Below are positions 46,420-56,074 of a stretch of 64,000 nucleotides of DNA, one piece after another; positions within the stretch are counted from its first letter, which is position 1, and each line of letters starts with the position of its first letter. Location of the stretch: contig CP011212.1 in the NCBI GenBank assembly GCA_001029715.1, forward strand, positions 462,936 to 526,935, read 5' to 3'. The translations under genes and the position numbers were made by a program. This DNA is from a candidate division TM6 bacterium GW2011_GWF2_28_16. Its GTDB lineage: Bacteria > Patescibacteriota > Microgenomatia > UBA1400 > PJMF01. The notes beneath the pieces are model-generated. The model was not told where the DNA came from, searched no databases, and saw only the letters and a program-made list of their open reading frames with translations.

Positions 46420-46890
46420 ATGAGTGACATAAGTGGAAAAATAAATTCAATCAGGTATGGACAAGATTTTATTTTGTTAAGAATGGATAATCTGACTGCG
46501 TTTCAGATTTTCCAAACAGCAGGTCTGGTTATAAACAATGAACGGTACATTAACCACAACGCGGTTTCATCAAGTCTCATCGGCAATATAGCCGATGGGA
46601 TGTTAAAGCTTGAAACATCGAATATCTTTTCGGTAGAAAAAACATTTTTAAATTCTATCGAGGGAGACATAGCTATTGTTAGTGAAAAAACAGCAGTGAT
46701 GCTGTTTTTAGCTAACCAAGAAGGAATCAACAGGATCGAGCCGAGTAGAGTGTTCGATCCAACTATCCAGGTTCTTTTTGATAGGCCAATATATGTGGCC
46801 AAATCGGATAGAATGGATAATGGCTCCACTCATGTAGTGAAGTGCTACCAAGGAAACAAGTTTTTAAAAGAATTTCCGCTCGTTTTTTAA
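46420..46890 (+). CDS. Hypothetical cytoplasmic protein, an orphan
   Basis: 156 aa ORF with a strong SD (AAGGAGAAGCAATG). A canonical terminator follows it. I recognise no motif. Confidence 0.45.
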   Translation: MSDISGKINSIRYGQDFILLRMDNLTAFQIFQTAGLVINNERYINHNAVSSSLIGNIADGMLKLETSNIFSVEKTFLNSIEGDIAIVSEKTAVMLFLANQEGINRIEPSRVFDPTIQVLFDRPIYVAKSDRMDNGSTHVVKCYQGNKFLKEFPLVF

Positions 46891-46912
46891 CGCAAATTTG
46901 CAAGAACAAAAA

Positions 46913-46937
46913 GCGACCCTCCAATGGGTCGCTTTTT
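46913..46937 (+). terminator. Rho-independent terminator
   Basis: Stem GCGACCC / GGGTCGC with loop TCCAAT, followed by TTTTT, 22 nt after the stop of 46420..46890. Confidence 0.65.
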
Positions 46938-46986
46938 ACGTTATCCTCTTGGCTTTCAACACAAATCACGGCATAATGAGTTAATC

Positions 46987-48447
46987 ATGATTTATCTGAT
47001 TCTGCTTTTAGCCATTGTCTTACGTTTGCCTCTTCTCAATGGTTCTTTTTGGCTAGATGAGGCCGCCCAATTCTTAGAAAGTGCTAGACCCTTGTCACAG
47101 CAGCTAAATATTGTGGACGATTTTCAACCACCACTGATGCATTTGCTCACTTTTTTCAGTATTCGTTTGGGTAATTTATTTGGCTTAGGTCAAACAGAGT
47201 GGTGGCTACGCTTAGTTCCTAGTTTAATTCCGGGAGTTCTGACTATTTGGGCACTTTACTATCTGGCACTTAAGCTTACCAATCGCAAAATTTCCCTTCT
47301 TAGCAGTCTTTTTGTGGCTACTTCTTCTTTCCATATTTTTTATTCTCAGGAATTGCGTCCTTACAGTTTACCCGCACTATGGGCTATTTTAGCTACTTGG
47401 CAAATGTTGCTAATACTAAAAAGTAAAACCAAAAAACCCCTCGTTTTATTCATCATCTTTTCTATCCTTGGACTTTATTCATCTTACCTCTATCCATTTT
47501 TACTGATTGGCCAATTTATTTATTTACTTAAAGAAAAATTGTCTTTCTCCAAAATTCTTATCACCGGTGGATTGATTGTGGCTGGCTTTTTACCTTGGTT
47601 GCCAAAGTTTTTAGAACAATTGCAGGCTGGTCAAGCGCTGCGCTCAAGTATGCCTGGCTGGTCAGAAACTGTCAGTCTACCAATCTTTAAAACTGCCCTG
47701 ATTCTGCCACTCAAGTTCGTCTTCGGCATCAGTAATTTGGAAATAAATTTGTCTTATGCATTTTTAGCCTTAATCGTCTTCGTTCCATTAGCTTATTTAC
47801 TTTTTTTAAGTCTAGGTCAAAAACAAAAACACTTGAACTTCTTCTTTTGTATTTTATTTTTACCTTTATTACTGAGTTGGGTAGTGTCCTTTTTTGTCCC
47901 AGTGCTGCAAGCCAAAAGAGTTTTGTTTCTTTTACCAATCTTCGCCATGCTAGAAGCTTTTCTAATCATGACTTATTACAAACAAAAACCTCATTTAGTC
48001 AAAATCTTAGTCTCGGCAATTTTAATCATCAATCTTTTTTCAACTGTAGCTTATTGGACTAAAGCAAATTTACAAAGAGAGAATTGGCGTGCTCTAACTC
48101 AAGAAATTACTGCCAAATTTCCTAAAAATGAGACCGCAGTCGTCTTTTCCTTCAACGCTCCTTTTGCTCCTTGGGAATTTTACGATCAAACATGTTTTAA
48201 CACTTTTAGTTCTGGAGTTTATTACACCAGTGATTTGGAAAATCCTGCGGAAACCTTCAAAGCTTTAAGTGATTATTCTTATGTCCTAGTTTTTGATTAT
48301 CTGCGAGATCTGACCGATCCAGAAGATGTCTTGCTTAAAACCGTTCGTGATCTAGGTTTCAAGGAGGTTGGCGTGCTAGACTATCCTAATATTGGTTTTG
48401 TGCGCATTTACACCTTAGATAATATTATTATTGCGAAGGCAAAGTAA
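46987..48447 (+). CDS. GT-C-fold membrane glycosyltransferase, GT39/PMT/ArnT-like
   Basis: It starts MIYLILLLAIVLRLPLLNGSFWLDEAAQFLES (DE motif after TM1) and has about 11 TM helices and a soluble C-terminal domain. The track ORF starts at 46924, inside the terminator; the ATG at 46987 is the likelier start. Confidence 0.6.
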   Translation: MIYLILLLAIVLRLPLLNGSFWLDEAAQFLESARPLSQQLNIVDDFQPPLMHLLTFFSIRLGNLFGLGQTEWWLRLVPSLIPGVLTIWALYYLALKLTNRKISLLSSLFVATSSFHIFYSQELRPYSLPALWAILATWQMLLILKSKTKKPLVLFIIFSILGLYSSYLYPFLLIGQFIYLLKEKLSFSKILITGGLIVAGFLPWLPKFLEQLQAGQALRSSMPGWSETVSLPIFKTALILPLKFVFGISNLEINLSYAFLALIVFVPLAYLLFLSLGQKQKHLNFFFCILFLPLLLSWVVSFFVPVLQAKRVLFLLPIFAMLEAFLIMTYYKQKPHLVKILVSAILIINLFSTVAYWTKANLQRENWRALTQEITAKFPKNETAVVFSFNAPFAPWEFYDQTCFNTFSSGVYYTSDLENPAETFKALSDYSYVLVFDYLRDLTDPEDVLLKTVRDLGFKEVGVLDYPNIGFVRIYTLDNIIIAKAK

Positions 48448-48450
48448 AAA

Positions 48451-49596
48451 ATGAAAATTGGTATCGACGTTTCCAGCTTAACTTATCAACGCGGTGTTTC
48501 CCGTTACACTGGTGATTTAGTCAAGGCTCTGGCTAAAGAACAAAACGCTGAATTATTTCTCTATGGCACTTCACTGCGTCAACAAAAATTACTCAAAGCA
48601 GAACTGCGTAAGGTTTTACGTAGTGTCACCCCAGATCGCTATGATCTCAAATTGCAACATTTTCCGCCTTCACTTTTAGCTAAGGCTTGGAGCTTGGGTC
48701 TCAATCCCATTAAAAAACAATTTCCTCAAATAGATGTCTTTCATAGTTGGGATTGGTTGCAACCTCCAGACAAGGATCTGCCTCTCGTTTCAACTATTCA
48801 CGATCTAGCTATTATTCGCTTTCCAGAGGTAGCTCATCCAAAAGTCCTAAAAATGCATCAAGATTCTTGGCAAATTTTGCGTGAACGCAAAGCTCAAATT
48901 ATTGCTGTTTCAGAAGCCACCAAAAGTGATATTTTGCGCTACTTAGAAATTCCCAGTCAACAAGTGACTGTTGTTCATGAGGCTTTACCAACTCAAATCG
49001 GGGAGATTGGTCAAAAATTGAATGACAATCCAGATTTAGTTTTAACTATTAAAAAAAGACTTAATCTTAATAAGCCTTATTTATTTTTTGTTGGCACTAG
49101 AGAACCTCGTAAGAACTTGGCTCGTCTTATTCAAGCCTGGCTACCACTAGCCAAAGATTATCAATTAATTATTGCCGGTGAACAGTCTTGGGATGGTAGT
49201 GAACAAATTAGTAAAAACCCTAATCTTAGATTTATGGGCAGAGTGAGTGATTCTGAATTAGCAGTTTTGTACCATAACGCCGAGTTATTCGTTTATCCAA
49301 GTCTTTATGAGGGCTTTGGTCTGCCAGTTCTAGAGGCTTTTGCTTATGGTGTGCCAGTCGTTAGCTCAGATATTCCTGCCATTAGAGAAGTGGCTGGTAA
49401 TGCGGCAGAATTAGCCAATCCTTTGGATGAAACATCCATCCGTCAATCGATGGAAAAGATTTTAAATGAGAAAAAAACCGACAGTGAAAATCGTATTAAA
49501 AAAATGATTATTCGTCTACAACTTTTTAATTGGCAAAAAACCGCTCGCCAAACCATGAGTGTTTATCAGCGAGCTATTGATAATTTTGGAAACTAA
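48451..49596 (+). CDS. GT4 (GT-B) glycosyltransferase
   Basis: The EX7E motif reads EGFGLPVLEAFAYGVPVVSSDIPAIREV. It is 381 aa. Confidence 0.7.
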   Translation: MKIGIDVSSLTYQRGVSRYTGDLVKALAKEQNAELFLYGTSLRQQKLLKAELRKVLRSVTPDRYDLKLQHFPPSLLAKAWSLGLNPIKKQFPQIDVFHSWDWLQPPDKDLPLVSTIHDLAIIRFPEVAHPKVLKMHQDSWQILRERKAQIIAVSEATKSDILRYLEIPSQQVTVVHEALPTQIGEIGQKLNDNPDLVLTIKKRLNLNKPYLFFVGTREPRKNLARLIQAWLPLAKDYQLIIAGEQSWDGSEQISKNPNLRFMGRVSDSELAVLYHNAELFVYPSLYEGFGLPVLEAFAYGVPVVSSDIPAIREVAGNAAELANPLDETSIRQSMEKILNEKKTDSENRIKKMIIRLQLFNWQKTARQTMSVYQRAIDNFGN

Positions 49597-49598
49597 AT

Positions 49599-50762
49599 AT
49601 GCTTAAAATCGCCATTGATGGTAATGAAGCCAATGTCCAAAATCGCGTCGGGAGCAACACCTACGCTTTTATGATTATTTCTGAAATTTATAAATTAACT
49701 GCTAATCGCAAAAACATTGATGTCACCATCCTTCTATCTAGTGAAAAATTAGCTGATTTACCAGCAAAAAGAAATAATTGGCGCTACATGGTCCTTGGTC
49801 CAAAGAAGTTTTGGACACAGTGGGCTCTACCGATTCATTTATTTCTTCATCAAAAAGATTATCAAATCTTTTTCACTCCTTCTCATTACGCTCCAAGAAT
49901 TTCTAGTGTTCCTTACGTCAGTAGCGTTATGGATCTAGCTTACTTGCACTATCCCAAACAATTTCGCGCCAATGACCTATTGCAGCTTAAAAACTGGACT
50001 AAATACAGTGTTAAAAACGCTCGCAAAATTATTACCATTAGTAAATTCTCCAAAAAAGAAATTCAGACTCATTATCATCGTTTGAGCAAAGACATTATTG
50101 TTGCTAATCCCTCTTTTCAATTTGTTCATTCCGCTCCGCTTGAAGAAGTTAAGGCTTTTTTCAAAGAGAAAGGCATTAAAAATAAATATTTTCTTTATCT
50201 GGGCACTCTTCAGCCACGTAAAAATATCACCACTTTGATTACTGCTTATGAGGAATTCTTACGAAAATCCGCTGCTTATAATTTAAAAAGCAAAAACAAA
50301 AGCCAAAAGCAAATTGGCGAACCTAATTTAGTCATCGCCGGCAAAATTGGTTGGCTAGCTGAAGATATTCTTAAACGGATTGAGGATTCGCCTGTCAAAG
50401 AAAAAATTATTCTCACTGGCTTTGTTGAAGATAAATTTAAGCGCGCTCTTTATCAAAACGCTATAGCCAGTCTTCTTGTTTCACTTTATGAAGGTTTTGG
50501 TATTCCAGCCCTTGAATCAATGCAAACTGGGACGATTCCTATTGTTTCCGATGACTCTAGTTTGCCAGAAGTAGTAGACAAAGCTGGTTTCTTGGTCAAA
50601 GCCAATAATCCTCACGAGATTAGCACTGCCATGATGAAGGCCTATCAAATGCCTTATAAAGAATTATTGAAATATAAAACTGCTATGCGTCGCCAAGCTA
50701 AAAAGTTTTCTTGGCAGCAGTCAGCCAAGATAGTTCTAAAAACCTTAGAAAATGAAAAATAA
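49599..50762 (+). CDS. GT4 (GT-B) glycosyltransferase
   Basis: The motif reads EGFGIPALESMQTGTIPIVSDDSSLPEV. It is 387 aa and overlaps the ruvC start by 11 nt. Confidence 0.7.
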   Translation: MLKIAIDGNEANVQNRVGSNTYAFMIISEIYKLTANRKNIDVTILLSSEKLADLPAKRNNWRYMVLGPKKFWTQWALPIHLFLHQKDYQIFFTPSHYAPRISSVPYVSSVMDLAYLHYPKQFRANDLLQLKNWTKYSVKNARKIITISKFSKKEIQTHYHRLSKDIIVANPSFQFVHSAPLEEVKAFFKEKGIKNKYFLYLGTLQPRKNITTLITAYEEFLRKSAAYNLKSKNKSQKQIGEPNLVIAGKIGWLAEDILKRIEDSPVKEKIILTGFVEDKFKRALYQNAIASLLVSLYEGFGIPALESMQTGTIPIVSDDSSLPEVVDKAGFLVKANNPHEISTAMMKAYQMPYKELLKYKTAMRRQAKKFSWQQSAKIVLKTLENEK

Positions 50763-51240
50763 CCCCATCATCATTGGCATTGATCCTGGCTACGATCGGG
50801 TTGGCCTCGCCATTGGTCAAAAAGATGGCCAAAACTGGCAAATTATGGCTCACGCTTGCATTCAAACTGATAAAAAAGCTCATCTCTTTGCTCGCTATGC
50901 GCAAATTGCTGAAGAATTAGAAAAGCTAATCCTCAAATACAAAGTCACTGAGGCAGGCATTGAATCGCTTTTTTGGTTTAAAAATAAAAGCACAGCTCTC
51001 GACGTTAGCGAAGCCAGAGGAATTATCATCGCCACCTTACTTAGACAAGGGATAAAAATCTCTGAATATACGCCTTTGCAGATCAAACAAAGTCTAACTG
51101 GCTATGGACGAGCCGATAAAAAAGCGGTAGAAAAGATGGTGAGGATGGAATTAACTCTTGAGGGTAAGATTATTGACGACACCATCGACGCCCTGGCTAC
51201 TATGATTTGTCATGAGTGCTCCAGAAAGTTGAAATTATGA
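50752..51240 (+). CDS. ruvC: Holliday junction resolvase RuvC
   Basis: 162 aa. The N-terminal catalytic motif is IIIGIDPGYDRVGLAIG. It is followed by ruvA and ruvB in the canonical order. Confidence 0.85.
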   Translation: MKNNPIIIGIDPGYDRVGLAIGQKDGQNWQIMAHACIQTDKKAHLFARYAQIAEELEKLILKYKVTEAGIESLFWFKNKSTALDVSEARGIIIATLLRQGIKISEYTPLQIKQSLTGYGRADKKAVEKMVRMELTLEGKIIDDTIDALATMICHECSRKLKL

Positions 51241-51809
51241 TTGCATATTTAGAGGGACAAGCTTTAGTCAAAAAAGATCACCTGATTGTTTTAACAGGTG
51301 GCGTTGGCTATCTGGTTTTCGTCGGTTCGAGGTTGCTCTCAAGACAGAATGGAGAATTAATTGCTCTCTACATTTATAGTCATATTAAAGAAGACCGTTT
51401 TGAACTCTATGGCTTCCAGACTGAAGAAGAATTAGGCATTTTTAAAATGCTCATTGCTATTTCTGGAGTCGGTCCTAAGACTGCGCTCTCTTTAGCTGAT
51501 GCCGGCACTGATAAGCTAATTGAAGCTGTTAGACAAGCTCAGACTAGTTTTTTTACCAATGTTCCTCGAGTTGGCAAGAAATTAGCCCAAAAAATTATTA
51601 TTGAACTTAAAACTAAATTGGGCAGTTTAAAAGAACTCAACCTCAGTACTCTTAGTCCAAAAGCTCAAGATGTGATGGATGCTTTGCTTGGTCTTGGTTT
51701 TGAGGAAAATGATATTCAAAATATCATGGCAGAGATTGATATTGAGAGTATGGATTTGCAGGTGGCCATCAAAACCATTATTAAAACCAGTAGCAACAAT
51801 AATAAATAA
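51237..51809 (+). CDS. ruvA: Holliday junction branch migration protein RuvA
   Basis: The N-terminus reads MIAYLEGQALVKKDHLIVLTGGVGYLVFV, which is the RuvA domain I OB-fold start. The ATGA start overlaps the ruvC stop. Confidence 0.8.
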   Translation: MIAYLEGQALVKKDHLIVLTGGVGYLVFVGSRLLSRQNGELIALYIYSHIKEDRFELYGFQTEEELGIFKMLIAISGVGPKTALSLADAGTDKLIEAVRQAQTSFFTNVPRVGKKLAQKIIIELKTKLGSLKELNLSTLSPKAQDVMDALLGLGFEENDIQNIMAEIDIESMDLQVAIKTIIKTSSNNNK

Positions 51810-52822
51810 TGATAAAAAACGATCTAAATAATCCTCTAGTCTCAATCAATGATGAAGAAATGCTCTTTACTTCTTTGCGCGCTCAAGACTGGCAAGAATT
51901 TACCGGTCAAGACAACATCAAGAAGTCTCTCCAAATTGCTATCAAAGCTGCCAAACAGCGTCATGAGGCGGTTGACCATATTTTGTTTTATGGCCCTCCA
52001 GGACTTGGCAAAACCACTCTTTCACAATTAATCGCTAAAGAAATGGGTAGTAATTTTAAAGTCACTTCTGGCACAGCTCTTTCTAAAGCTGGCGATCTAG
52101 CCGCTATTCTCACTAATCTTGAAGACGGCGATGTTCTATTTATCGATGAAATTCACCGTTTACCAAAAGCAGTTGAAGAAACTCTTTATCCAGCCATGGA
52201 AGATTTCGCTCTGGATATTGTCATTGGCAAAGGTCCCTCAGCCCGCACAGTGCGTTTAGATCTGGCTAAATTTACTCTGGTTGGCGCCACTACTCGTTTT
52301 GGCTTATTAACTGGACCTTTTAGAGATCGTTTTGGTTTGATTCATCGTGTTGAATTTTATAAACCGCTTGAGTTAGGGAAAATCTTACAAGCAGCTAGTA
52401 AGAAACTAGGAGCCAGCTTGGATGAAAAAGCTGCTGTCGCCATTGCCCAACGCTCCAGAGGCACACCACGTATTTCACTTAAACTTCTCAAAAGAGTTCG
52501 CGACTTCGCTCAAGTTCTTGAAAAAAAAGCCATTAATTTGGATCTCGTCCATCAAGCTTTGAGTATCTTTGAAATTGACGAATTAGGTTTAGATGAAAAT
52601 GATCGTCGCCTCATTATGGCGATGATTGAAAAACATAATGGTGGGCCAGTTGGCCTCAAAACTCTTTCTGCCTCCATTAATGAAGATCCTGGCACTATCG
52701 AAGAAGTCTTAGAACCGTATTTGATTCAAATTGGTTTTATTAAGCGCAGTCCATCTGGTAGAGTATTAAGCAAACAGGCTTACATTCATTTTGGAGTAAA
52801 AGCTCCAGCTGATGTATACTAA
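51809..52822 (+). CDS. ruvB: Holliday junction branch migration ATPase RuvB
   Basis: Walker A reads GPPGLGKTTL and Walker B reads VLFIDEIHRL. A sensor region and the winged-helix C-terminus are present. It is 337 aa. Confidence 0.9.
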   Translation: MIKNDLNNPLVSINDEEMLFTSLRAQDWQEFTGQDNIKKSLQIAIKAAKQRHEAVDHILFYGPPGLGKTTLSQLIAKEMGSNFKVTSGTALSKAGDLAAILTNLEDGDVLFIDEIHRLPKAVEETLYPAMEDFALDIVIGKGPSARTVRLDLAKFTLVGATTRFGLLTGPFRDRFGLIHRVEFYKPLELGKILQAASKKLGASLDEKAAVAIAQRSRGTPRISLKLLKRVRDFAQVLEKKAINLDLVHQALSIFEIDELGLDENDRRLIMAMIEKHNGGPVGLKTLSASINEDPGTIEEVLEPYLIQIGFIKRSPSGRVLSKQAYIHFGVKAPADVY

Positions 52823-52827
52823 TAAAT

Positions 52828-53451
52828 ATGGCAATTACAGACAAGGACGGTAACCAACTTTCCGCTTCACAAGTTATTGAAAAAGTTTTAATTCGCATTA
52901 AAACTATTCATCTGGAATTAGTTACCGGTTTGCTTTGGTGGTTGGTGGGCTATATTCCATCTCATCATTTCCGCAGATTCTTCTATAAACTCTCTGGGAT
53001 GAAAATTGGTAGCAAATCTACTATTCACATGGGGGCTCGTATTTATTACCCAAGTGGGATTGAAATTGGAGAGGACACTTTGATTGGTGAAAAAGCCACT
53101 CTTGATGGTCGCAAACAACTCAAAAACTCCAAAGGCGGTCTCAAAATCGGCAATCATGTTGATATTGCTTCTGATGTCATGATTTGGACCAGTCAGCATG
53201 ATATTCACAGTGAAAATATGGCTACCATCGAAGAAAAAGTTACTATTGGCGATTATGTTTTCATCGGTCCTCGCTCTATCATTATGCCAGGAGTAACAAT
53301 CGGCAAAGGCGCCATTGTTGCTGGTGGAGCCGTAGTCACTAAAGACGTTGCAGAAATGAAAATCGTTGCTGGTGTTCCAGCCAAAGAAATTGGTGAGCGT
53401 CAAAGTAAAAATCTAAATTACAAATTAGGTCGCCCAAGACTCTTCCAGTAA
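52828..53451 (+). CDS. Left-handed beta-helix (hexapeptide-repeat) sugar O-acetyltransferase, WcaF-like
   Basis: Repeated [LIV]-G-x-x-x-x hexapeptides run through the protein (IGEDTLIGEKATLDG ... IGNHVDIASDVMI ... IGDYVFIGPRSIIMPGVTIGKGAIVAGGAVV). Confidence 0.65.
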   Translation: MAITDKDGNQLSASQVIEKVLIRIKTIHLELVTGLLWWLVGYIPSHHFRRFFYKLSGMKIGSKSTIHMGARIYYPSGIEIGEDTLIGEKATLDGRKQLKNSKGGLKIGNHVDIASDVMIWTSQHDIHSENMATIEEKVTIGDYVFIGPRSIIMPGVTIGKGAIVAGGAVVTKDVAEMKIVAGVPAKEIGERQSKNLNYKLGRPRLFQ

Positions 53452-53475
53452 ATTACAAGCAATTAAAGGACTCAA

Positions 53476-54468
53476 ATGAATCTCTCTCTTATTACCGTTT
53501 CCTACAACACCAAAGAACTCACTCTCCAAACTCTAGAAACTGCTATCAAGGAAATCAATTCTTCCAAAATTCTTAAAGATCAAACAGAAATTTTTGTGGT
53601 CGATAATGATTCTAAGGATGGTTCACCAAAAGCCTGCGAAGAACTGCTGAAAAAACTCAAATTCCCTCATTACAAAGTTTTCGCTAACAAAGAAAATTTG
53701 GGTTTTGCTCGCGCTAATAACCAAGCCACTGAAGTCGCTAAAGGGAAATACATTATTTTACTCAACTCTGACACTATTACTCACAAAGGTGGTTTAAGTT
53801 TACTGGTTGAAGCAATGGAGCGAGGTGGTATTTCAGAGGAAACTGCTAATTCAAAAAATAGCAACCCATTAGACAAAATTGGCATCATCGTTCCAACCTT
53901 ACTTAATCCTGACGGCAGCATCCAGAATCAAGGTGGTTCTTTGCCAAGTTTAGGGACTGTTGCTTCACAAATGTTGTTTTTGGATGACATTCCTTTCTTA
54001 GGAAGATTTTTTCCATCCACTCAACACACCGGCATGAGCGATTTTGCTTTTGCTAGCTATGACGAAAACACTCCAAAATTGATTTTTAAAGATTGGGTGG
54101 CTGGCACTGCCATGATGATTCGCCGTGAATTAATTGATGACATTGGTATGCTAGATGGCAATATTTTTATGTATGGCGAAGACCAAGAATACTGCATGCG
54201 CGCTCGTAACCATCACTGGGATGTCGTGATTCATCCCAAAGCAAAAATCACTCATTTTGGCTGCGCCAGTTCTTCATCAAAAAATGCTATCCACGGGGAA
54301 ATGAAGGGCTATCTCTATATTTGGAAAAAACACATGCCCACTTGGCAATTACCAATTCTCAAATCCATCCTCTGGTTGGGTGCTTTTTTACGTCAAATGA
54401 TTTACGCCATCAGAGGTAAGGAAGTCCCTGCTTCCATTTACAAAGAGGCTAGAGCTCTGCTTAAATAA
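53476..54468 (+). CDS. GT2 glycosyltransferase
   Basis: The sequence runs LSLITVSYNTKELTLQTLETA ... VVDNDSKDGS ... GFARANNQA ... LNSD, with GT-A DXD-type motifs. Confidence 0.6.
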   Translation: MNLSLITVSYNTKELTLQTLETAIKEINSSKILKDQTEIFVVDNDSKDGSPKACEELLKKLKFPHYKVFANKENLGFARANNQATEVAKGKYIILLNSDTITHKGGLSLLVEAMERGGISEETANSKNSNPLDKIGIIVPTLLNPDGSIQNQGGSLPSLGTVASQMLFLDDIPFLGRFFPSTQHTGMSDFAFASYDENTPKLIFKDWVAGTAMMIRRELIDDIGMLDGNIFMYGEDQEYCMRARNHHWDVVIHPKAKITHFGCASSSSKNAIHGEMKGYLYIWKKHMPTWQLPILKSILWLGAFLRQMIYAIRGKEVPASIYKEARALLK

Positions 54469-54472
54469 GATT

Positions 54473-56074
54473 ATGAATTTTTTACTCATCATCGCTAGTT
54501 TTCTTTTAGCTTTTATTCCGCTTTATCCAAAAATTCCCCTTTTTGATATTTTGCCTGGTTATATTGTCCGAGTAAGACTAGAAGATATTTTGATACTTTT
54601 AGCTTTTTCATATTATTTGATTCAATTAATCAGAAAAAAAGTCAGTTTTAAAAATCAAATTACACCTTGGATATTTGCTTACCTCTGTATTGCCAGTTTA
54701 TCTATTTTATCGGCTGTTTTTCTAATTAAAACTATTCCACCAGAACTAATTCACGTTGGAAAATCTGTTTTACATTTATTCAGATACACCGAATACTTTG
54801 CTTTGTTTTTTATCATGTTCTCTTCTATTAAAAAAACCAAGGATATCAAGGTTATTTTTTATAGCTTAATTTTTACTGTTCTCTCAATCACTGTTTATGG
54901 CTATGGTCAAAGATATTGGTATTGGCCAGTTTTTTCGACTATGAACCGCGAGTTTAGTAAAGGAATGGTTCTCTATTTAACTGAGCACGCCAGAGTGCAA
55001 TCAACTTTTGGCGGCCATTATGACCTAGCAGCCTATTTAGTCATTGTCTTGCCAATTTTTTATCTATTAGCTATCAATATCAAAAACAAATGGCAACGTC
55101 GTGGTCTTCATCTCGTTCACTTGCTTGGTCTCTGGCTTTTAGTCATGAGTGCTTCTCGCACTTCTTTCCTTGCTTATATAGGAGCTGTTTTGGCTGGTTT
55201 ATTCTTTTTTTCACTGACCAAACCCAAATTCATTAATAAAGTAGGTTATTTTTTCAAAAAAAGTTCGCTTTATATTTTAATGGTAGCAGTGATGATGTAC
55301 GCTTTTGGAGCTGACATGCGCGAACGTTTTGAGCAAGTTTTACAAGCTTATCCAAATGTTTATGAACCTTACCAAAAAACTCAAGACTTTATTGCCAAAC
55401 AAGCCGAGTTTATTAGCGATCCAATAGCCAAAATTAAAGAAATGAGAGAGTCCAAAAAACCTCAAAATGGTATCGCTTTTGATAATACTAACCTTGATAG
55501 TGTCCTAACTGCAACTGATCAGCAGCCAGTTAGCACTAGACCAATTGATGTTTATGAAGATATTCCCGATCAAGTTGCTAGTGAATCTGGCGGTGTAGTT
55601 ACCTACACAGAACAGCCTCGTGTTTGGTCAGACAACGCTCTTAAGTATGGTCTTTCATTTGCTATTCGTCTTGATGAGCTGTGGCCAAACGCCATCAAAG
55701 GCTTTATAAAGAGTCCTTTGCTTGGATCTGGTTATGCAACTTTAAACAAAAAAGAATATTACCAATTTACTGAAGCAGAAAGCACAGATAATAACTTCTT
55801 ACGCACTTTAGGAGAAACTGGCTTACTTGGCTTTCTCAGTTTTTACGGAGCAGTTGTTACGCTCCTAATTATTCTTTATAAAAACCAAAAAGAGCAGAGT
55901 AAACAGCTGAAAATTATCAACATTGCCTTCATTGCGGCTTCAATTGGCCTACTGCTTAATGCCTCCTATATCGACGTTTTTGCTTCATCCAAAGTAGCCT
56001 TCACTTATTGGGCTTTGGCTGGAGCAATCTTGGCCTACAATAATCATGTTAAAAAAAATAAAAAAGGTCTTTAA
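54473..56074 (+). CDS. O-antigen ligase/polymerase-like membrane protein (Wzy_C/WaaL-type domain)
   Basis: 533 aa, polytopic. A large loop between TM helices carries ESTDNNFLRTLGETGLLGF, which matches the Wzy_C/O-antigen-ligase signature (H/D-N-x-x-L-x-x-x-x-E-x-G-x-x-G). Confidence 0.5.
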   Translation: MNFLLIIASFLLAFIPLYPKIPLFDILPGYIVRVRLEDILILLAFSYYLIQLIRKKVSFKNQITPWIFAYLCIASLSILSAVFLIKTIPPELIHVGKSVLHLFRYTEYFALFFIMFSSIKKTKDIKVIFYSLIFTVLSITVYGYGQRYWYWPVFSTMNREFSKGMVLYLTEHARVQSTFGGHYDLAAYLVIVLPIFYLLAINIKNKWQRRGLHLVHLLGLWLLVMSASRTSFLAYIGAVLAGLFFFSLTKPKFINKVGYFFKKSSLYILMVAVMMYAFGADMRERFEQVLQAYPNVYEPYQKTQDFIAKQAEFISDPIAKIKEMRESKKPQNGIAFDNTNLDSVLTATDQQPVSTRPIDVYEDIPDQVASESGGVVTYTEQPRVWSDNALKYGLSFAIRLDELWPNAIKGFIKSPLLGSGYATLNKKEYYQFTEAESTDNNFLRTLGETGLLGFLSFYGAVVTLLIILYKNQKEQSKQLKIINIAFIAASIGLLLNASYIDVFASSKVAFTYWALAGAILAYNNHVKKNKKGL

